Positions 58,746 to 64,000 of a stretch of 64,000 bases of DNA are shown here, piece after piece. The stretch spans positions 3,999 through 67,998 of the forward strand of contig JBNARI010000005.1 of NCBI GenBank assembly GCA_049718765.1, given 5' to 3'. Each line of letters starts with the position of its first letter. The stretch's first letter is position 1. The notes beneath the pieces were generated by a model, which worked only from the letters and a program-made list of their open reading frames with translations, was not told where the DNA came from and ran no database searches. The position numbers were made by a program, and so were the translations under genes. Origin of the DNA: Bacillota bacterium. GTDB lineage: Bacteria; Bacillota; Sulfobacillia; DUMF01.

Positions 58746-61700
58746 AGGCTCATTTGACTAGTTTCTGGCACACCCGCAAGGCATCCTTCCGCCCTGAGCA
58801 GTTCAATCAGGCTCTTGGACAGCTTGGTGCGAGCTTTGAACTCCTCAATTGAGCCGAAGGGTTTCTCCCCCCGGGCCGAAGCAATGGTGGACGCAGCTGC
58901 TGTGCCAAGGCCCGGGATTGCCACAAGGGGTAGCCGTATTCCGTTGGGTTCTATTATACACTTCCAGGGATGCGAAACGTATATGTCCACAGGAAGGAAC
59001 TGAACGCCCCTTGCAGCCATTTCCTGAGCAACCTCGAGCAACATTTGGGTTTCCTTTTCCTTCGCGGACGCCTCGCTGCCCTTGGAAGCAATCTCCTCGC
59101 ACTTGCGCGCCCAAATCCTGGGGCCACCCTTGAGCAAGGTGTAGTCAAGGGCATCCGAGTGGAGGCTGAAGTACATTGCGTAGAAAGCCTTGGGATGATG
59201 CACCTTGAAATAAGCAATCCTGAAACACATCATTACGTAGGCCACTGCGTGTGCCTTAGGGAACATGTACTTGATCTTCTTGCAGGACTCAATGTACCAA
59301 CCAGGAACGCCTGCTTCTCGCATGGCGGCTTCATGTTCTGGTAACAAACCCTTCCCCTTGCGGACGTTTTCCATAATGGCAAAGGCCTGGCTTGGCTCGA
59401 GGCCCTTCGAGATGAGAAAGGTCATGATGTCGTCCCTAGTGCAAATCACTTCCCCTAACCTTGCAATCCCCTGCTTGATCAAATCCCTAGCATTGCCCAA
59501 CCAAACGTCTGTACCGTGGGACAGGCCAGATATCCTGACCAAGTCCGCAAAGCACTGGGGTCTAGTTTCCACGAGCATTTGCCTGACGAACTTGGTGCCA
59601 AACTCGGGTATGCCTAACGTGCCAACTTCCACCGAGTAACTCCCGTTTAAGTTGAGGGGTTCAGGACTCGAAAATAGCTTCAAAGTCATGGGGTCATTGA
59701 AAGGGACGGTCAATGGGTCGATCCCTGTGTACTCGTGCAGCAACTTCAGGGCAGTGGGGTCATCGTGGCCCAAAATGTCCAGCTTCACGAGGCGGCTGGA
59801 TATGGACTCATAATCGAAATGGGTTGTCACCACTCCCGATTCCCTGTCATCTGCGGGGTACTGTACGGGAGTGAACTCGAGCACATCGCATCCGGCAGGC
59901 ACAATCATTACCCCGCCTGGGTGCTGGCCCGTGGTGCGCTTGACCCCTGTTATTCCCCGGGCGAGACGTTCGACCTCTGCCTTCCTCAGCACCAGGCCCT
60001 TAGACTCAGCGTAAGCCCGAACCAAGCCGTAGGCGGTCTTGTCTGCCACAGTTGCAATTGTGCCGGCCCTGAAGACGTTCCCCCGCCCCAGCAGCTCCTC
60101 TGCGTACCTGTGAATGGTGGATTGGATCAGCCCCGAGAAATTCAAGTCGATGTCGGGCACTTTGTCTCCCTTGAACCCCATAAACACCTCAAAAGGAATG
60201 TCATGGCCATCGCCAAGCATCTGGGCCCCGCATCGGGGACACTGCTTCGGTGGAAGGTCGAAGCCCGACCCGTGGCTAGAATTTGGAAACTCTGAGTACT
60301 TGCACTGAGGGCACAGGTAGTGAGGAGGCAGCGGGTTCACCTCTGTGATTCCAGTGAGCCTGGCCACCAGCGAAGATCCCACTGAACCCCTGGAGCCAAC
60401 TAGGTAACCTTCTTCCACAGACTTGTGCACCAGCTTCTGGGCAATCAGGTATATAACGCTGAAACCGTGCTTCTGGATGGCGTCAAGTTCCTTCTCAAGC
60501 CTTTGGCGCACTGGTTCAGGCAACGGCGACCCGTAAAGTTTCTCCCCCTCTTCCCTGGCTAGCTGCGCAATCATTTGGTCCGCGTTTTCAATCTTGGGAG
60601 CATGTAAGCCCCTTGGAACGGGCTCCACCGCTTGAACCATTTCCGCCACCGCCGCAGGACCGTCAATCACCACTTGCCGTGCCAATGCTTCACCCAGGTA
60701 GCTGAACTCTTCCAGCATTTCTTGGGTGGTGCGAAGGTATAGGGGTGCGGGCTGCTCCGCGTGGTCGTTCCCCCTGCTCGCCATGAGCACCTCTCTGTAA
60801 ACGCCTTCTTGGGGTTCCAGGAAGTGGACATCACAGGTGGCCACGACAGGTACTCCTAGTGCCATGGCCAGCTCCACGATGGTTCGGTTTATTTGACGGA
60901 GCTCGTCTTCGTCGCGCACTTTGCCCTCGCCCACGAGGAAGCTGTTGTTTGCCACCGGCTGGATTTCCAAGTAGTCGTAAAACCCTGCAATTTCCTTCAA
61001 TTGCACCAGGCCTTTCCCTTGGAGTATGGCCTGGTAAAGCTCCCCCGCCTGGCATGCAGAACCTACTAGCAGGTGAGACCTGTTGTCCTGGAGCAAGGCA
61101 CGGGGAATCCTTGGCACCCTGTGAAAGAAGCGCAAGTGGGACTCGGACACCAACCTGTAGAGCTGACGCAAACCCTCCTTGTCCCTTGCCAACAATATGA
61201 CGTGGTGAGGCTTCTGGTCTCGCCAGTTGTCATCTACAAGGTAGCCCTCTACGCCGAATATCAGCTTTATGCCGGTACGCTCGGCCTCTTCGAAAGCACC
61301 AGGGAAAGCCTGCACCACACCATGATCTGTAATGGCCACGCAACGGTGCTGCCACGCAGAAAGCAGGTTGAACAACTTGGGTATTGCCACAACAGAATCC
61401 ATAGCTGACATTACAGTGTGCAAGTGGAGCTCCACCCTTTTCTTTTGGCATGTGTCCTTCCTGAAATGGGCCTCCACATTGCGCACACGTTCCGCAACGC
61501 AAACGGCTTCCCCTTCGTACTTGTCCTCCACAATTGTGCCGGATACCTCTACCCAGCCCCCCTCTTGCAAGTCAACTTTCTCAGCCGCGGAACCCGGCAA
61601 CACCTTGACAAACACGGTATCCGACCCGTCTGTGAGGCCGAACCGCACAGCCCTCTTGCCATTCCGGAACGGCACTTCCGTGGGGAAAAGCACCATGCCC

Positions 61701-62221
61701 CTGAGGGTGGCCTGCATTCCCACCTTGAGGTCCTGCACCCTGCACGCCGGGGCACCGCAGTTCTCCTGGACGTGCACTTTCCACTGACCACCCATCACTC
61801 GCTTCAAGCAACTTTCAACGCACTCCAGCAAGTCGTGCTGATCCAAGAACTCGGTAGGAACTCCCGCTTTGGGCTTCAAGTGCACTGTTCCCAGGTCAAA
61901 TTCAGCGTCGCACTTGGAAAGCACGTCTCCCAGCACTGGGTTTTGGCCTTGAACAAGCTCGACCACTCGGCGCCACAGCTCTTGGACGTTTTCCCACACT
62001 GGCTCTACCTGCGCAGTACACATGCGGCACAGCACGCGGAGGAGCCCGTCCACTTCTTGGGATGTAGGCTTATCCCAGGAAATCAGGTGGACCCTCCATT
62101 TGCCTGTCGGGTCCACCTCTATGCCCCGCAGCCACAGGGCCGCACGTTCCATGGTTTCCCTGGGACAGCCGGCAAGTTCTGAAAGGCGCGCCATGTCCGG
62201 ACGCACTAACACCGACGCCAA
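58733..62221 (-). CDS. polC: DNA polymerase III alpha subunit, PolC type, apparently without the inserted 3'-5' exonuclease domain
   Basis: PolC N-domain and OB fold, PHP domain (HLHTVMSAMDSV, ITDHGVVQAF), the PolC zinc finger (CPQCKYSEF...CPRCG) and polymerase core (GSRGSVGSSLVA, DIDLNF). The exonuclease insertion expected after GVEGYLVDD is absent; length is 1162 aa. Confidence 0.9.
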   Translation of the reverse strand: MASVLVRPDMARLSELAGCPRETMERAALWLRGIEVDPTGKWRVHLISWDKPTSQEVDGLLRVLCRMCTAQVEPVWENVQELWRRVVELVQGQNPVLGDVLSKCDAEFDLGTVHLKPKAGVPTEFLDQHDLLECVESCLKRVMGGQWKVHVQENCGAPACRVQDLKVGMQATLRGMVLFPTEVPFRNGKRAVRFGLTDGSDTVFVKVLPGSAAEKVDLQEGGWVEVSGTIVEDKYEGEAVCVAERVRNVEAHFRKDTCQKKRVELHLHTVMSAMDSVVAIPKLFNLLSAWQHRCVAITDHGVVQAFPGAFEEAERTGIKLIFGVEGYLVDDNWRDQKPHHVILLARDKEGLRQLYRLVSESHLRFFHRVPRIPRALLQDNRSHLLVGSACQAGELYQAILQGKGLVQLKEIAGFYDYLEIQPVANNSFLVGEGKVRDEDELRQINRTIVELAMALGVPVVATCDVHFLEPQEGVYREVLMASRGNDHAEQPAPLYLRTTQEMLEEFSYLGEALARQVVIDGPAAVAEMVQAVEPVPRGLHAPKIENADQMIAQLAREEGEKLYGSPLPEPVRQRLEKELDAIQKHGFSVIYLIAQKLVHKSVEEGYLVGSRGSVGSSLVARLTGITEVNPLPPHYLCPQCKYSEFPNSSHGSGFDLPPKQCPRCGAQMLGDGHDIPFEVFMGFKGDKVPDIDLNFSGLIQSTIHRYAEELLGRGNVFRAGTIATVADKTAYGLVRAYAESKGLVLRKAEVERLARGITGVKRTTGQHPGGVMIVPAGCDVLEFTPVQYPADDRESGVVTTHFDYESISSRLVKLDILGHDDPTALKLLHEYTGIDPLTVPFNDPMTLKLFSSPEPLNLNGSYSVEVGTLGIPEFGTKFVRQMLVETRPQCFADLVRISGLSHGTDVWLGNARDLIKQGIARLGEVICTRDDIMTFLISKGLEPSQAFAIMENVRKGKGLLPEHEAAMREAGVPGWYIESCKKIKYMFPKAHAVAYVMMCFRIAYFKVHHPKAFYAMYFSLHSDALDYTLLKGGPRIWARKCEEIASKGSEASAKEKETQMLLEVAQEMAARGVQFLPVDIYVSHPWKCIIEPNGIRLPLVAIPGLGTAAASTIASARGEKPFGSIEEFKARTKLSKSLIELLRAEGCLAGVPETSQMSLWRS

Positions 62222-62243
62222 CTCGAAGCACTCCCCGTTGGTT

Positions 62244-62870
62244 TCAGCCCTTTTGCACAGTTTTGAGGATGTCCAGATACATCTTCAGGCGAGCCTGCAA
62301 GCCCTTGGCAAAGCCCATCTTTTCTTCCTTCATCAGGTGGCTTACACCTTTCAGTGGCACCTCCACTACCTTGAGCCCTGCAGCCCGCGCGTACCTAGTG
62401 AGCGCAATCTCCACCCCGAACCTGGTGATCTCAATCTCTGAAAGCTGGCATAGCAATTCCCTTCGAACTGCCCGTTGCCCGGAGAGGAATGGTGCAATTG
62501 TCTGAGCTAGGTCCGTGGCAGCCCTGCCCCGCTCAAACACCCCAAGGGTCATTTCGGCTTCGCCGTTTATTACCGGCTCAGCAAGGGCGCTAACGTGATG
62601 GGGTTCTAAACCAATCAAGTCAGCGTCAAGGAACACCACGGGGTCCCCATGGGTGTTCCTCACTCCGTGCATCATAGCTGCACCTTTTCCCATGTTGCGG
62701 CTCAGCCTCAGCACCTTTGCGCCAGCAGCTCTGGCAACAGCTGAGGTGCGGTCCTCTGAACCATCGTCAACCACCACCACCTCGCAAACCCCTGGAGCTG
62801 CCCAAGCAGCACGCACTACAGCCCCAACGGTCTTCTCTTCATTGAAGGCAGGAACGATCACACAGAACAA
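62244..62870 (-). CDS. Family 2 glycosyltransferase (short, GpgS/DPM-synthase-like)
   Basis: GT-A fold N-terminus (CVIVPAFNEE, VVVDDGSED) and a DAD motif (FLDADL). Confidence 0.75.
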   Translation of the reverse strand: MFCVIVPAFNEEKTVGAVVRAAWAAPGVCEVVVVDDGSEDRTSAVARAAGAKVLRLSRNMGKGAAMMHGVRNTHGDPVVFLDADLIGLEPHHVSALAEPVINGEAEMTLGVFERGRAATDLAQTIAPFLSGQRAVRRELLCQLSEIEITRFGVEIALTRYARAAGLKVVEVPLKGVSHLMKEEKMGFAKGLQARLKMYLDILKTVQKG

Positions 62871-63923
62871 TCAACCTTCCCCCAGTTCCTCCGCTAGTTC
62901 TGCCAACGCCTTGGCCGCCTCCTCTTCTGGAACAACTGCAACCTCCCGTCCCCTGGCGAAGAGCACCGCTCGGCCAACCCCGCAGGCTATCCCAACGTCA
63001 GCATGTCTGGCTTCGCCAGGACCATTGACAGCACACCCCATGACGGCCACCCGCAAGGGCCTCTTCACGTGGGCAAGACGCCGCTCCACCTCTGCCACAA
63101 TGGCTGGCAAATTCACGTGGCACCGCCCGCAAGTGGGGCAGCTGATTATTTCAACGCCAGGAACGGGCTGACCGCAAGCCCTGAGGATCTCGTAGGCCAC
63201 CCTTACCTCCTCCACTGGGTCCCCGGTCAGGCTGACTCTAACAGTATCTCCAATGCCCTCGAGCAGAAGCGCCCCAATGCCAACGGCTGACTTCACAACC
63301 CCAGCCCTGCCGGCACCCGCCTCAGTCACACCCACGTGGAGCGGGTAGGGAATTCTGCTCGCGGCCAACCTGTATGCCTTTACCGTGTCAGCCACAGAGG
63401 ACGACTTCAACGACACAACCAGGTTGTCAAAGCCAAGGTCTTCTATGAATTTTATCCACTCTTGGCAGCTTTCCACCATAGCTTCAGCAGTGGGGCCACC
63501 ATGCCTTTCCAGCACCGACCGCTCCAATGAGCCGCTGTTAATCCCAAGCCTGATGGGCACGCCAAAGCGGGAGGCAGCAGCTATGACTTTCTCCATGGCG
63601 CCCTTGCCCCCAATGTTGCCAGGGTTAACCCTAACCTTGTCCACACCAGCCCGGATTGCCTCAACCGCAAGATCCGGGTCGAAATGAACGTCCGCCACCA
63701 GGGGTACGTCAGTACGTTCCCGTATGGCCTTCAGCGCTCCCACAGTGGACCTGTTGGGCAAGGCAACCCTCACAATTTGGGCACCCGCCCCATGAATTGC
63801 TGCAATTTGCCTGAGCGTTGCCTCTATATCATCGGTGGGTGTCTTGGCCATCCCTTGGACCACTACAGGATTGTCGCCCCCGATCCTGACGCCTCGCACA
63901 ACCACGCTTTTTTGCGAGCCCAT
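62871..63923 (-). CDS. ispG: 4-hydroxy-3-methylbut-2-enyl diphosphate synthase (flavodoxin)
   Basis: GcpE family with its C-terminal 4Fe-4S cysteines (CPTCGRC...GCAVNGPGE); 350 aa. Confidence 0.9.
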   Translation of the reverse strand: MGSQKSVVVRGVRIGGDNPVVVQGMAKTPTDDIEATLRQIAAIHGAGAQIVRVALPNRSTVGALKAIRERTDVPLVADVHFDPDLAVEAIRAGVDKVRVNPGNIGGKGAMEKVIAAASRFGVPIRLGINSGSLERSVLERHGGPTAEAMVESCQEWIKFIEDLGFDNLVVSLKSSSVADTVKAYRLAASRIPYPLHVGVTEAGAGRAGVVKSAVGIGALLLEGIGDTVRVSLTGDPVEEVRVAYEILRACGQPVPGVEIISCPTCGRCHVNLPAIVAEVERRLAHVKRPLRVAVMGCAVNGPGEARHADVGIACGVGRAVLFARGREVAVVPEEEAAKALAELAEELGEG

Positions 63924-63930
63924 CCTGCCT

Positions 63931-64000
63931 CACATCCCTAGCCTTTCTATGTCCCTCACAAGTATTACGGCTCCCGCGGCAATCAGCAGTATGAAACCCA
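63931..64000 (-). CDS. rseP: RseP/RasP site-2 zinc metalloprotease, C-terminal end (partial)
   Basis: Reverse translation gives ...GFILLIAAGAVILVRDIERLGM*, which matches the RasP C-terminus (...GFALL..L....NDIQR..). The stop lies 8 nt before the ispG start. Confidence 0.6.

Noticed and set aside
1-64000. CRISPR arrays, tRNA or rRNA genes, IS elements
   Set aside because: No regularly spaced direct repeats, no cloverleaf-like conserved tRNA motifs in the few intergenic regions, and no transposase-like ORFs were seen.

Overview
This 64 kb window is a moderately high-GC chromosomal segment of an anaerobic, spore-forming Firmicute, most likely a Clostridia lineage. Lineage markers are polC, spoVK, a Spo0E-like gene, rodZ, a split metH, a tungsten-type aldehyde:ferredoxin oxidoreductase (AOR) and an iron-containing alcohol dehydrogenase (Fe-ADH). 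Nearly all genes are on the minus strand.

From left to right the window contains:
- A sigma-54-controlled module (MoaD-like, AOR, Fe-ADH) with its AcoR-like activator.
- lexA and a ynbB-like PLP enzyme.
- An ABC-2 exporter with a COG1470 accessory protein.
- A small GTPase, spoVK and rodZ.
- A Cof-like HAD hydrolase, cysK and cysE preceded by a putative T-box leader.
- An operon of DUF1805, tctCBA, a TIGR04076-like protein, a TPP enzyme and a GntR regulator.
- A decayed rbsACB-like sugar ABC operon in which only the binding-protein gene is intact.
- A FadR-like regulator and an NlpC/P60 hydrolase.
- An operon of a PQQ-propeller protein, CobO, a DASS transporter and a sirtuin.
- An L,D-transpeptidase and degV.
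- An orphan large serine recombinase.
- ftsK, uppP, a Na/Pi-PhoU transporter and rnj.
- Small stress and sporulation genes.
- An M16 peptidase broken at a poly-C tract.
- The conserved block nfo-pnp-rpsO-ribF-truB-nrnA-rbfA-DUF503-infB-ylxR-nusA-rimP.
- metF, a split metH and its separate activation-domain gene.
- polC, a GT2 glycosyltransferase, ispG and the 3' end of rseP.

No CRISPR array, tRNA or rRNA was seen.

The observations most worth a second look are:
- A PolC that lacks the inserted proofreading exonuclease domain.
- An orphan sporulation-type serine recombinase between degV and ftsK.
- A pseudogenised ABC importer with a surviving binding-protein gene.
- A sigma-54 promoter for the AOR module.
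- A homopolymer frameshift in the M16 peptidase.
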